From Tubulanus polymorphus (Eukaryota; Animalia; Nemertea), in the NCBI RefSeq assembly GCF_964204645.1, contig NC_134027.1, positions 24,638,560 to 24,702,559 of the forward strand: 64,000 nucleotides of DNA, written 5' to 3'. The notes under the pieces are model-generated. The model ran no database searches. It had not been told where the DNA came from and worked only from the letters and a program-made list of their open reading frames with translations. The position numbers and the translations under genes were made by a program. Numbering within the stretch: position 1 is the first letter of the stretch; every line of letters starts with the position of its first letter. Below, one piece after another: positions 50,870-63,990 of the stretch.

Positions 50870-52445
50870 ATCTCTCATCAATCTCATAGTTGATGTGTTG
50901 GAATCCTGGGGCCAGTTGCACAGTCGTGACTTAAGTCCAAAAGTGGTCTTAAATCTTAAGACTGATCTTAAGTTGTTAGATTGTCTATAGAACTAAGTTG
51001 GTCTTAGACTGGTCTTAAGTCGAAGCCATGACTATGCAACCAGCCCCTGGTGGTAGCAAGTCGGTCGGTCAGTCTTTTATTGTCTCTCCATCAATCCATG
51101 GTTAATGTGTTTGAATCCTAGTGGTAGCAGTCAGTCAGTTAGTCTTTCACTGGTATCTCATCAATCAAGGGTTCATGTTTGAATCCTGGTGGTAGCAGTC
51201 AGTCAGTCTTTCACTGGTATCTCATCAATCAAGGGTTCATGTTTGAATCCTGGTGGTATCAGTCAGTCAGTCTTTCACTGGTCTCTCATCAATCCAGGAT
51301 TCATGTGTTTGAATCCTGGTGGTAGCAGTCAGTCAGTCTTTCACTGGTATCTCATCAATCAACGGTTCATGTGTTTGAATCCTGGCGGTAGCAGTCAGTC
51401 AGTCTTTCACTGGTCTCTCATCAATCCAGGATTCATGTGTTTGAATCCTGGTGGTAGCAGTCAGTCAGTCAGTCTTTCACTGGTCTCTCATCAATCCAGG
51501 GTTCATGTGTTTGAATCCTGGTGGTAGCAGTCAGTCAGTCTTTCACTGGTATCTCATCAATCCAGGATTCATGTGTTCGAATCCTGGTGGTAGCAGTCAG
51601 TCAGTCAGTCTTTCACTGGTCTCTCATCAATCACGGGTTCATGTGTTTGAATCCTGGTGGTAGCAGTCAGTCAGTCTTTCACTGGTATCTCATCAATCAC
51701 GGGTTCATGTGTTTGAATCCTGGTGGTAGCAGTCAGTCAGTCTTTCACTGGTATCTCATCAATCCAGGATTCATGTGTTTGAATCCTGGTGGTAGCAGTC
51801 AGTCAGTCAGTCTTTCACTGGTCTCTCATCAATCACGGGTTCATGTGTTTGAATCCTGGCGGTAGTAGGTCAGTTCTTCACTGGTCAGTGGTTACAGTCA
51901 GTCAGTCTTTCACTGGTATCTCATCAATCCAGGATTCATGTGTTTGAATCCTGGTGGTAGCAGTCAGTCAGTCAGTCTTTCACTGGTATCTCATCAATCA
52001 CGGGTTCATGTGTTTGAATCCTGGTGGTAGCAGTCAGTCAGTCTTTCACTGGTATCTCATCAATCACGGGTTCATGTGTTTGAATCCTGGTGGTAGCAGT
52101 CAGTCAGTCTTTCACTGGTATCTCATCAATCCAGGATTCATGTGTTTGAATCCTGGTGGTAGCAGTCAGTCTTTCACTGGTATCTCATCAATCAAGGGTT
52201 CATGTTTGAATCCTGATCGTAGCGATCAGTTTTTCACTGGTCTGTGTTAGCAGTGAGTCGGTCTTTTATGGCCTCTCCATCAATCCAGGGTTCATGTGTT
52301 TGAATCCTGGTGGTAGCAGTCAGTCAGTCTTTCACTGGTCTCTATCAATCCAGGATTCATGTGTTTGAATCCTGGCGGTAGCAGTCAGTCAGTCAGTCTT
52401 TAACTGGTCTCTCATCAATCAAGGGTTCGAATCCTGGTGGTAGAG
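50870..52445. repeat. ~66-bp minisatellite array
   Basis: Unit gtgtttgaatcctggtggtag(cagt)n ctttcactggtatctcatcaatccaggattcat, about 20 copies with variable CAGT count; explains ORFs 51189-52250. Confidence 0.95.
50909..51046. mobile_element. 138-bp PIF/Harbinger MITE with CTG TSD
   Basis: TIR gggccagttgca / tgcaaccagccc; ctg at 50906-50908 and 51047-51049; neighbouring satellite units show the empty site gaatcctggtggtag. Further copies at about 55815-55951 and 56128-56266. Confidence 0.88.
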
Positions 52446-53766
52446 TTTCGTTCAAATGTTACAAGGGCTAATCCTCAAGCGTTATAAGAAAAGAACAGAT
52501 AACGTATTTGGTGAAAATATTGAAAATCCGTACGAATTTTTGTTTTATTCATATTTTGATCATTGATTGGCATTTTGACAACAAACTGAACTCACACATA
52601 TACCAGAGGAATGTACGAATAACATAATAATAATAATCATAATAATAATAATAATAATGTAAATAATAAGAATTTTATGTATATATATACATATACACGG
52701 GTGGGGTCTATATTGACTGAGACTAAATCATAAAATAGAATTAACTCTTTAAAAATGTTAGAATCGCTGAGAATTCTCCACGCAAAATTTTTGATCGCAA
52801 AAGTTTTTGATCGACAATCAACTCAACTGACTGACTTTAATCAAACAGTGAAACTTCATTTCATAACAAACTCTGTTGGTAGGAAATTCTGACCCAAAAT
52901 TCTGTACTACCGAGGTATGTACATACAGTGGAAACTCCGTAGAAAAAATAATTCATCAGATTAGACAAAACTAGAATTTTGAGTCCCAAGTTTGGGACAA
53001 TTCGAGTGAACTATCGGTTTTAACCAACAGATTTTCTGGTCTCATGAAGTTCTCGGCTTCCACCGTTTGCAAATTCCGACGCAACTTTGATCCAGGAGTT
53101 CAACTCTTTCATGAAACTGGACCCGCAGTATTAGCCTGACCGAATGAACGAGCATCTCACAATTTATCAATTGATTCGAGCAGGACAAAAAAAAAATATG
53201 TTCGCGAAGTACAAACAAATATATCACAATTTAATAAAGCATTTACGATTATGACGAAATTACGATTTTTAAGTACACAACAAAAAACGCAAGAAGATCT
53301 CAACACTCAAAATTTCTACTTTATGTAGACTAATAATAATACAGCAACGGATATTGATATAATATAACGTAGAGGATTATTGATTTCTTCCTTAATCTAT
53401 CGTTTAATAAACCGACGTAGGTCAACCTCGCGACTGCCAACGACTCTCTGCGACGAGACGACCGATCTGCCATTCTACTTTCCGCGGCCGCTAGTCGCCT
53501 AGCTACGAAATAGAAAAGTCGCCCATTCTGCACCACGCATGCGACAGACAAGAGACTGGTCGTCACTGACCATCGTATCACAGACAACCTATGCAGCCAT
53601 TTGTGACAACACACAGATCGGGGTCACAAACAAGCAGTCACAATTTGACCTACTCCCGCCTTTTATTAACTAATATTGAGTATTATAGTATTTTTCATCA
53701 AACTTGTTTCTCCAATTACAGGCAGATGTAATACATGCGATACATGCACATGTGCATTATATGTCA

Positions 53767-53886
<120 letters not shown>

Positions 53887-54169
53887 ACATTATTATTCCA
53901 TAGAGAATATATATCCATGATTAAAGCACCACCAGTGGCAATCACGGGATTATATTAAAATCACAATGATATGTCATTGCCCGATTACGATTTGATTACA
54001 CAATTGATTATATTCCACTACAAAAACAAAATCAAAATATATAATTCATGAAATTAAATTTTCATTTTCATATTTGCCACATTTTCCGCAATCACAATTC
54101 ATTCCTATGTTTGTTTTTTCTCTTTTCAAGTCGGTTTCATAGACAGAAAGCACTTTATACGTTCCTTAG

Positions 54170-54790
54170 AACTTTAATACCTGGGGCTGGTTTCATCGTC
54201 TGGTATTTCCTTTAACTCGGGGGTAACTTAATTGAAAATGAATTGAGTCAGCCCGCAGGTTAAAGGTATTACCGGTCTGTAAAACTGGCCCCTGGTCTAT
54301 GAAAATGGGGCTGCAGGTTAAGGATTCATCCCTAGGTTTATCGTTAATACCTGGGGCCGGTTTTATAGACTGGTATTACCTTTAACCCGGGGGCTAACTC
54401 AATTGATTACCAATTGAATTAGCCCGCGGGTTAAAGGTAATACCAGTCTTAAAAAACCGTGCCCTTGACTATAAAACTGGGGCTGCAGGTTAATGATTCA
54501 TCCACAGGTTTAATTTTAATACCAGGGTCCAGTTCCACAGTTGGGAGTTTTGACTCAGAGTTAACTCATTGAAAATGAACTAACTTTAACTCAGAGTTAA
54601 CTCTAACTCACAACTGTGGAACTGGGTCCCGGACTATAAAACTGGGGCTGCAGGTGGTTAAGGATTCATCCCTAGGTTTAATCTTAATACCTGGACTATA
54701 AAACCGGGGCTATAAAACTGGCCCCTGGTCTATGAAACCGGGGCTGCAGGTTAAGGATTCATCCCTAGGTTTAACTCTTTATACCTATGA
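54170..54790. repeat. Repeat array with MITEs inserted at CCWGG in successive units
   Basis: ~58-bp unit interrupted by palindromic MITEs at 54184-54291, 54354-54464 and 54526-54629; empty site at 54685-54700. Confidence 0.8.
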
Positions 54791-54888
54791 ATCACCCCTA
54801 GGGCCGGGCAATCACCTATGAAACCGACGAAAATAAATGCTTCAAATACAGAAGTTGATTATGTCTATGTCGCGTTGCCGTATAATAT

Positions 54889-55646
54889 TCACAACTGTTT
54901 GATTGCGGTGAGCGTTTTCGCCAGTAACGCATAGGTGTCTCTAGCGGTCTTGATTTTTGCGTCTGCGTATTGCACAATACCGTCCTGTAAGGCGAACAAG
55001 CGCTGTTGATGAAACGCCTTTAACTGAAAGAAAAGATAATAATCGTAAATTTTACACCTCGCGGAACGTCTCCCTAGAGACTAATAGCAAAACGCAGTCT
55101 TTGACTTTCAACACCTTTCAATATCCAAATTTTCATAGCTACACTATTAAAATGAGCTAAATGATACCAAATTCCCTACGCTACCATAAGTTGATTCTGT
55201 TCAACGCATGACAAATGCAATAACCATAGGATAGAATAAGAAACTAATTAAAGGAACCACATTTCCATAGCTTTTCGATAGCTTCAGACACAAAACCTAC
55301 ATAATTTCCGAGCCTTGAAAAAATAGTTCCTAATTTCAATAACTTTTCCAGGATTATCAGCACTAGGACAAACCCTGCAGAACGTAGTCACTCTTGATTT
55401 CTTATCTAAACTATCTATACACATTTTTTTTTCGATCTTTAAATTTGTATATAGTGGTTTTTAAATCTATCATCAATTCTCCAAGTTTGAGTATGGTTAT
55501 CATACTACATTTGATGTCATTTTCTTCGTAATTTAGCCATTCATCATTTATTGCGGAAATGCGACAGTTTTCAATTATACCTCTGATCTTGCCCGGTCTG
55601 AACATTGTTCGTAAACCTTCTCGGCAATCTGTTTCGCTTCTTCAGC
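54889..55646 (-). CDS. Last two coding exons of an SNX5/6/32-like sorting nexin (BAR C-terminus), partial
   Basis: Exons 55646-55581 (AEEAKQIAEKVYEQCSDRARSE) and 55023-54889 (LKAFHQQRLFALQDGIVQYADAKIKTARDTYALLAKTLTAIKQL*), GT-AG phase 0; resembles the recalled SNX6 C-terminal helix pattern; upstream exons not found in the window. Confidence 0.68.
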
Positions 55647-55764
55647 CTGAAAAATATAACAAACAAAAAACGTGAAACAAAGAAAAACTAGAAATGTGTA
55701 TAAAGGACATCGCTACCTTCTGCGAAACTGATTAAATCGTCTTCACAGCAGTTCAGAGAAATAG

Positions 55765-56490
55765 TCTGCTGTATTTTACAAACTCTTACTCAGTATTTGA
55801 CACCAACTCGAGGTCTCTGGTTCCATAGACAGTGCTTAGACTTAAGACCGGTCAAAAACAAACTTAGTTCTATAGCCGATCTAACAACTTAAGACCAGTC
55901 TTAAGATGTAAGACCACTTTTGGTCTTAGGTCTTGACTATGGAACTGGCCCCTGTATTTCTGAAACTCTTACTCAGTATTTGACACCAACTCTGAGTAGA
56001 TTTTCACCAGTATCAACTTCACTGCATTTAGAGACTGTGTCTACTGTCTTTGACAAACTCTTACTCAGTATTTGACATCAACTCAGGGTAGAATTTTACC
56101 AGTCTCAACTTTAAGAGACAGTCTACTGGGTCAGGTTCCTTAGACAGTGTTTAGACTTAAGACCGGTCAAAGAAAAACTTAGTTCTATAGCCAATCTAAC
56201 AACTTGAGACCAGTCTTAAGATGTAAGACCACTTTTGGTCTTAAGTCTTGACTATGGAACTGGCCCCTGTATTTCTGTTTGAAACTCTTACTCAGTATTT
56301 GACACCAACTCGGGGTAGAATTTCACCAGTCTCAACTTTACCACAGTAAGAGACTAAGAGTCAACTGTATTCCTACTGCATTTCTCAAACTTTTACTCAG
56401 TATTTGACTCAATGTAGAATTCTCAGTGTCTCCTGCATTTACGAAACCCTTATTTTGTATTCAATACTAACTCGCAGTAGAATTTACAAC
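55765..56490. repeat. ~90-bp degenerate tandem repeat with two embedded MITEs
   Basis: Recurrent aaactcttactcagtatttgacaccaactc; same family at about 31280-31570. Confidence 0.75.
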
Positions 56491-58429
56491 TCAATACTAC
56501 CGCCAGTCATCTCTTATCTCTTTTACCCCGAATCAGCAGTATCTTAGCAATCAGAACTTCAGATATACCAATTCCTCAGATTCTTATTCAGTATTTCGTC
56601 TATTCGCTAAAAATGTACGCATCTTAAAACCGAAATGAAGACGGAGACAGATTGCGGAGATATCGCAACCAACACGAGCAGCGAGCGAGCGGGCGTCGTG
56701 TCTGATTAAACACTGGTTTAATAAACCGGCTGAGATCATCAGGCACCACCACGCACGCATACGACTGATTCAATAAATATTGACATTGTCTCTATCAACA
56801 ATCGGGGATATGTTTTTCGACGCTGCGACAACTCCGCCGACCTTGAGAAGCTTGCTCGAGTTCGGAACGGCCAATGGTTGGTTAACCGGAAAACATACAT
56901 ATCATAACTAAAAGAAATGTACATCAACTATCAAACTTTGGATACCGCGATGACATTCTCATTTGGATGTTTTGTGTCTCGAAATGCAGAACCTAGTCAA
57001 CGCAAACAGCGTACTGGACTAATACAACATTATCTACTCTGGAAATAATTCAGACACGCAGATAAAGACCAAGAACATACAATAAAAGGACAGTATATTG
57101 TAACCCCTTATAGCTATTTCCAAACCACGGGATGTATTGACTTAGGCAGACAACAAAAATTAACGCCAATCGCAGTTGCTTGCTGGTTCCAGGGACGGAT
57201 CCAAGGAGGGCCGAAGTGACCTGCACCCCATTTTTGTCGAGATAACATTTTCACAACCTGACTTAAGAAAGTTACGCATACAGTGGAAAATCATCGCTGG
57301 TCATTTCGTTCTAGAATCGATCTAGTCTGGATGCTCTTTCAAAATGTTCTCGGGGAAGGACCCCCTGACGCAAGAGGCTTTACACCTATGGTGTTCGCAG
57401 TCATGTACCTTGTTGTACGTGTAAAAAACTAGGCCTCGGATGATTTGCCCCATCGCCCCTCCTATTCAAAATTCCTGCATCAGCTCCTGGGTTCAGCTTG
57501 GATGGAGCTAGCTTTAGGAAAACCCTGTTCTCTCAAACCCAATACGACCATCTCAGTAAACTGTCGGAGATCACAGATATAGATCGGAACCGATAGAATC
57601 CCGCTACTGAGCGCCGAGACGAGAAGTCTCAGATTGGTCTGATTTCCGATAACGTAGTCTTATACGCTGATAATCCCTGTTCGGACGAACGAAAAATTGA
57701 TCGCCTAAAAAAACTGCTATCATCCGCATATTTTTCGACGTCGACACGATACATAATAACAGGGTTAGAATAACAGCTATCATTAGAGAATTTCGAAGAG
57801 TTTTTGACTAGCGCTCAATGAGAAAATATCAGAATTCTAAGAGAGGATAACATCGAGTTAAATTTTCTCATTGTTTGGATATTCTCCGCATAGAATCTTG
57901 TAAGGAGTACAGAAGGAATTTGAAAGGAGTGAAAACTGTGATGATGGAAGAAACGAACAAAACCAACAAATCATTAGATCATAAATTAAGGCGAAAATAT
58001 CAAGAATAAATTTTTTATAAAAAAAAAAAAAACATGATAAAATCACAGATTGAGGACAAAAAATTATCTAATCAAACGTTTCTGGTGTAAATCTGATGAA
58101 CAATCGCGAAAAAATGTTTCCTTGTAGCTTTTTTAGTAGTTTTTTATTTGATTTTCGAATACACACAAAATCGCGAAAAAATTCTAAGGATAAATTGACA
58201 AGAAAGCAACACGCGCAAAATATGAGATATTTTTCATGTCAAGAAATTCAGTATCAAGTAACAGATGCCGTGTACACACTTTAATATTGTCGACAGTCTC
58301 TTGATATTTCTACGCGCAAAACACACATGTCACCAATGAGCAATAGTGGTTTATATTTCATTTATACACTGACAACTACAGGAAATAGAAAATCTGAGAA
58401 TCAGTAAGTAAACTTTCCAAGCCAGTGCC

Positions 58430-58715
58430 TGGTCTTAGCTCTTTTTCTTTTGGTTCTATGAAATCATCTCATTTTGGTTTTACAGCAAATCTAACAATTT
58501 AAGACAAATCTAAGCTCATTTTGGTTCTATTGCCAATTTAACAACTTAAGACCAGCCTAAGCTCATATTGGTTCTATAGCCAATCTAACAACTTAAGACC
58601 AGTCTAAGCTCATTTTGGTTCTATAACCAATCTTACAACTTAAACCCAGTCTAAGCTCATTCTGTTCTATAGCCAATCTAACAACTCAAGACCAGCCTTA
58701 ACTCATACAGGTTCT
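58430..58715. repeat. ~47-bp tandem array from a Harbinger-MITE internal segment
   Basis: Unit taagctcattttggttctatagccaatctaacaacttaagaccagtc, about 5 copies. Confidence 0.85.
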
Positions 58716-60910
58716 AGTCAAATGAACATTAACATTTGATGGGCCCAAAACGATCTTAACAGCGCATTTGACTCAGTAGCATTGGGACTATAAATGTCGC
58801 AGTAAATCACTGGCAAATAGACCAACAGAATCTACACCAGTAAATTTCATCGACCCAGTACCGAGTAATATGGAGTCGATATTATCGAACTCCATGCATG
58901 CGTTTATCTAGAAATGACTTTAAGATTCGCGTCGTCGTGTAGCTAGATACCCGCTGTCTATTGTCAGGGTAAGATAATGACAGAACGCCGCGATGACCTC
59001 GGGAAACGACGAGATATCTTACTAGACGAATGGCAATAAATACCGTTAAATAGAGGCGGATTTAGGAAAAGATGAAGAGGCATTACTCAGATAAAACAGC
59101 CACGCCGGAGACTGTGAGTGGGGTTTCACAGGGTGGCCACTTTCCGCCAATTTACAAATTCTCCGAGATTTCCATGATTTTTCCATGTCATAACACAAAA
59201 TTGCCAGAGTAAATCTGAGGAATTTCTAGGTTTGAAATTTCACAATTCATTCATTTTTTATGAATCATGTACTGATAAAGAAACGCATGGTCAATAGCAT
59301 TATCTGCATTTCCTGAGTTTTCCATGTGTTGGCAAAATGTTTCAAATTCCGTGAAGTTTCCCCCATTCCTTTTAGATTTCTCAGATTTCCTGAGTTTTCC
59401 AGGTCAGTGACCAACCTGTTCCACCATCGGCGTTAGAAGATCTTCGAAGATATCGATGGGAAAAGATATGATTTTCGACCGTCATTTCATAGGTCTGTGC
59501 AGTTGCGACCAGGAAGGGAGGGCTCCCTGAAACCGCACCCTCGATGCGTGCCTGTATGGATAGATGTATGGATGAGACGCTGCGACTAACGACAAATGAC
59601 ACCGAAGTAAATGAACTTCTGTTCTACGAATTATCTGTCACTCCCTCAGCCGACGCGCCGACTAATAACAACAACGCCCCGGTAATTGTCACATTTCGTT
59701 TATTCTCTTCGTAAGATCGAGACATTCCATTATCAGCCGTGTCTGTCTGGGCAGTGCCTGGGACGAAGTAGATGGATGACCAGGGCACTAAGCCCATCGT
59801 ATTCGGCAAGGAAAAAACTCGCATGGAAAAAATTTTTTTTCTCGATTTTTTCCGCCATGAAAAAACATTTTCGTCAAAACGGAAAACGATGAACAGAAAA
59901 ACATTGTGTTGTCGAGTACCTTTGTTTAGCTGTGTTTGTGTTCTGTTTTTCGCAAAACGTCCACAGCTGAATAACCAATCAGAATCAGGGGCATCACTGT
60001 ATTGCATGATACAAAGATGATGTGAATAACTGAATGAATTGTTGCACCATAGACCATGTTTTATCGTATGCCGGTAGAATTTTTACTCAAAAACGTTTCG
60101 TGAACATTTTTTTGACAAAGGTTTTGCTTAGCGAAAACCAAAGCTACTGATGAAGCATCGGTATGTCACGTAGCGAGTTTGTTCCGGTACGTTTCTTGTT
60201 TCGCAGTGCGGTAAAGCGGACGAATCGAATCATCCGAACGCGTAAAAACATAAACCTGTTTCATCCGTCGAGACTCTACCTGATATCCCTAATTGTGGTA
60301 GTTTTCATCCAAAATGAGAGTAATTTCACATCAAAAATAGTGGTTCAATTGAGAATGAACTAGAAATTATTCTGATTTTTAGAGTACTTGGGAAAAGTTG
60401 TGCTTTTTAAGAGTAGAAACAACTCTCAATTACTAGTTATAGTCAGGTCTGTATCATATTTCGAGGTTTTTCTTGTTGTGAGTGTGCTAAGCTTCAAATA
60501 GCCAGAATTCATCACTCAACTCATTGCTAGGCGGCTTGATGTGGCTAAAATCAACATTCGCCTCGATTCGCTGAAATCGCGGTCGAGATAAATCAGTGGA
60601 TACGACAGAGGACCTTAACGCGTGTATTTACACAGTCCATCTGAACGAAATGATCATTCTCTACGCTCTCGCTTCGTGGATCAGTTATCTGCGAACGACG
60701 ACGTAGCGCGTCGTCGATCTAACGCACCGCACAGTCGCGAGCCCCGATAATTACGACAGATAATAAAGGACCGCGATTAAATTCAATCATCTACAGCCAG
60801 TAACTGATATTATACTGACAGACGCTGATGAAGGTAATTACCGCGTATTGAAAATGACTTCCTTATATTCGAATCCAATTAAATATGACGTTGTCCCTGC
60901 CTTGTAATAC

Positions 60911-61242
60911 CATCCTCCCTCTGCAGGGACTCGAACCTGATGGCATCGCTAAACTCAGCCACGGCACAAACCCCTGCATCAGTAGACCGGGTGCGCAGGT
61001 ACATGCGCAGCTTTCCGAATGAAAACTGGCGGCACCAATCAGATTGCTCGTTGTATAATCGTTGAGGCAAATTTCAAGGAAGAACTATAAAACCCGGGCA
61101 AAAATAAAATGGGATTTCTGATTGGCTAAAAATCGCATCATCTGAACTGTGCATGTATCTGCGCACACGGTCGATTATGGCAGGGTTTCGTGCCGTGGCA
61201 ATCTCGATGCCATCAGGTTCGAATCCCTGCCGGGGGAGGATG
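60911..61242. mobile_element. Foldback MITE with tRNA-like boxes, copy 2
   Basis: Highly similar inverted copy of 19524-19862; TSD tgtaatac (60903-60910, 61243-61250). Confidence 0.85.
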
Positions 61243-62369
61243 TGTAATACCGAAGCCACTGATCCTGCCCTACACATGTTAACCCCCTAGCAACACCCAT
61301 ATATCGCCGGTCTTTCATTATCAATTTCAGTACGGATCAAATTATTCCCTGTGAATTTATTTTCACCATTTTCATTATAAGTTTACTTCTTTACTATAAA
61401 GTACAATGCAAAAATACAGTCAACGCTATAGCATAGAAGGACAAGTTAGAGGAAGCACTTCTACATCGTAAAACGTTGGAAAGAAAAAGGACAAAAAGGA
61501 CTGATGGCCTGGATCAGGTTCGGGTTCAATACTATCAGGTTCAATAGGTGCCTCACCTCGCTTGCCACAGCATTGCTTTGGTATCATTTCAGTAACGAGT
61601 GAGTGATATACGCGTGAACACGCTCTCTCTAACGGGATACCGGCAACACCAGATGGCGCAACAAATCACTGGGTTACTCGTAGTGAAAATCAGTTTCTTT
61701 TTCAATGAAATTTGAACATTATTTTTAGGCTTCCGAAATCCGGAAATTATCAAACGAGTCATCGGATAGATTTCCTTTCTCACTCAGTGTGTGGTATTGA
61801 TTTCACTGAAAATCGATTTACTGATCAGAAAATTTGACTCAAAGTTTATTGAAATGTAGAAGAAATTAAAAGCCCGGTAACCCGGTGCCACTAGCGAACC
61901 TGGCGGATTATCGCTGAATCCTCGCTTCCCTCAGTAGCCCTCGGTATCCCATCAGACACAGGCCAAATTTGACTTAGGTCTGGTTCGGACCATTGTGACC
62001 TGGGCCAAATCTTCTCTAGTGCGATCGTGACGTGAAGGGATCGAAACGCGCTCAGCCCGGTCTTATCTCGATTGTCGCGGAACACGGAGCTGTCTCAACG
62101 AGTTTGACGAATAGCGAACGCGACTAGAAGAAAAGAGAATATGGATTCCGAAGAGATACGAATGATGGCAGACGGCGTTTGTCTTCGTCGATGTCAAGAT
62201 GAATGTAAAATCGAGTGGATTTTTCGTTACCGCGCATTTCACCGTTAGACAACTGCCTCGCTCGCCGCCAATTCAAATTCGACAGTAACCAAATACTTAA
62301 ACGTGACAAGCAACGTAGATGTAGTTGACATCGGAATTCGCAATAAAAAATAAGTTTGACATAACTAGT

Positions 62370-62872
62370 TGAAAGCTCATTACAACAAACTTCAGGAGAC
62401 CAGAAAATCTGTTCGTTATAACTGATAGTTCACTGTTATATCCAATATGAAATTACAAGAGAACCTCGTTACAAAGAACTTCAGGAGAACAGAAAATCTG
62501 TTCGTTATAACTGATAGTTCACTGTTATATCCAGTATGAAATTACAGTAGAACCTCGTTACAACGAACTTCAGGAGACCAGAAAATCTGTTCGTTATGAC
62601 CGATAGTTGACTGTTATATCCAGAAAGAAATTACAGCGGAACCTCGTTACAACGAACTTCAGGAGACCAGAAAATCTGTTCGTTATTACTGATAGTTCAC
62701 TGTTATATCCAGTATGAAATAACAGTGGAACCTCGTTACAACGAACTTCAGGAGACCAGAAAATCTGTTCGTTATAACTGATAGTTCACTGTTATATCCA
62801 ATATGAAATTACAAGAGAACCTCCTTACAAAGAACTTCAGGAGAACAGAAATCTGTTCGTTATAACCGATAG
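62370..62872. repeat. ~89-bp tandem array derived from a pogo/Tigger-like MITE end
   Basis: Unit ta-cagtggaacctcgttacaacgaacttcaggagaccagaaaatctgttcgttataactgatagttcactgttatatccagtatgaaat, 5-6 copies; a single related copy at about 37886-37950. Confidence 0.88.
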
Positions 62873-63716
62873 TATACCGAATATAGAGGGCGAACACGTC
62901 GCGATTTGATAAAACGTGTTTACATCAAATATTAATGATACACAACGCACGGCGCGACCAATCAATACGACTCTACCTGGCATTAAATAATAGTTTACTG
63001 TCGGTAGATTGAGACCTAACGACGAAGCCCGCAGCGAGCTGGTGAAAGAGCGAGAGCGAGAGAAGACAGTTCTCGCTTAGTTTCTACGGTAACAGTGACA
63101 ATAATAATTGCGGAATCGCGACTAGGGCGTAGTATTTAGCGTTGCGGCTACGGAGACGTTGGAACTCGCCGAGTGAACGCAGCTTGAAGCGTTCACACAT
63201 ACACACATGATTCATTCCAGCGAGCAGACGTCAGTCGCACTACTAGAGATTTCGGCCGCGCGTACGTTCGGTATCGAAGCGAATGTATCTAGATACCGAT
63301 GATAGTGCGTAAACAGTCATTAGTGGCGTGTATCCGGATAAACCATTCTCACGAAGGTAATTGATATGTAATATTCCGATAATTGAATTAGTAAATAATA
63401 CGTGGTAATTTCGAGGTGAATTCTTGCTGTAGATGGAAAATGATGAATTATTCAGAGGTTTTTTTTCTATACATGTATCACTAAAATTCCTTGTTTGAAA
63501 TTTCCCTTGAATTCAATCACGAGACTCAGCGGTGACTGTTTCTTTTCACTCTCCGAGCCAGTCTGACGATCTTGGCCCTATTTTCTGAAAAACTTGACTT
63601 TCATTTTCAACGATTTTCGAACATCCTCCATTTTCATGCAAAAGGTTCTATCCTAAATCGGCCGAGTTTGAATTGTTGTCCTCGCAGAGTAATCAACAGC
63701 AAAATTTTTTGTTTAA

Positions 63717-63990
63717 CCCTTTCCGTGCTGACTAATTAATACCCTATAGTGCTGGAGATAATTTGAAAATTTTTGAAAGTTCCACCCTAGTGTGTTGAAT
63801 AACGGGAATACCACTAAAGTGCGTTGTGTATCGTTAGTTACTAATATTTCACTATGTTTGACATGTGCTGCCATCTTTCAATAGAAATAATTACTAATTA
63901 CTAATTACACCAATACACCGCAGTACGGTGTACTAGCAAAATCTATCACTGATTAATACACCGCACTGCGGTGTAGACGCACTGAAAGGG
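63717..63990. mobile_element. piggyBac-like MITE
   Basis: TTAA TSD; near-identical to 20511-20798 with a short internal deletion. Confidence 0.88.

Noticed and set aside
51189-52250. Repetitive ORFs (NPGFMCLNPGGSSQSVFHW)n
   Set aside because: Satellite translation; frame broken repeatedly by 4-bp CAGT indels.
53330-53614. Minus-strand ORF with an acceptor near 53503
   Set aside because: No recognisable homology; phase-0 splicing from the SNX-like exon gives LGD*; more likely 3' UTR.
54170-56490. CRISPR-like repeat/spacer appearance
   Set aside because: Eukaryotic context, no cas genes, irregular lengths, and the spacers are recognisable MITEs with TSDs.
60147-60185. Further CTGATGA motifs (also about 48094 and 60826) as hammerheads
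   Set aside because: No stem II-GAAA-UH arrangement follows them.
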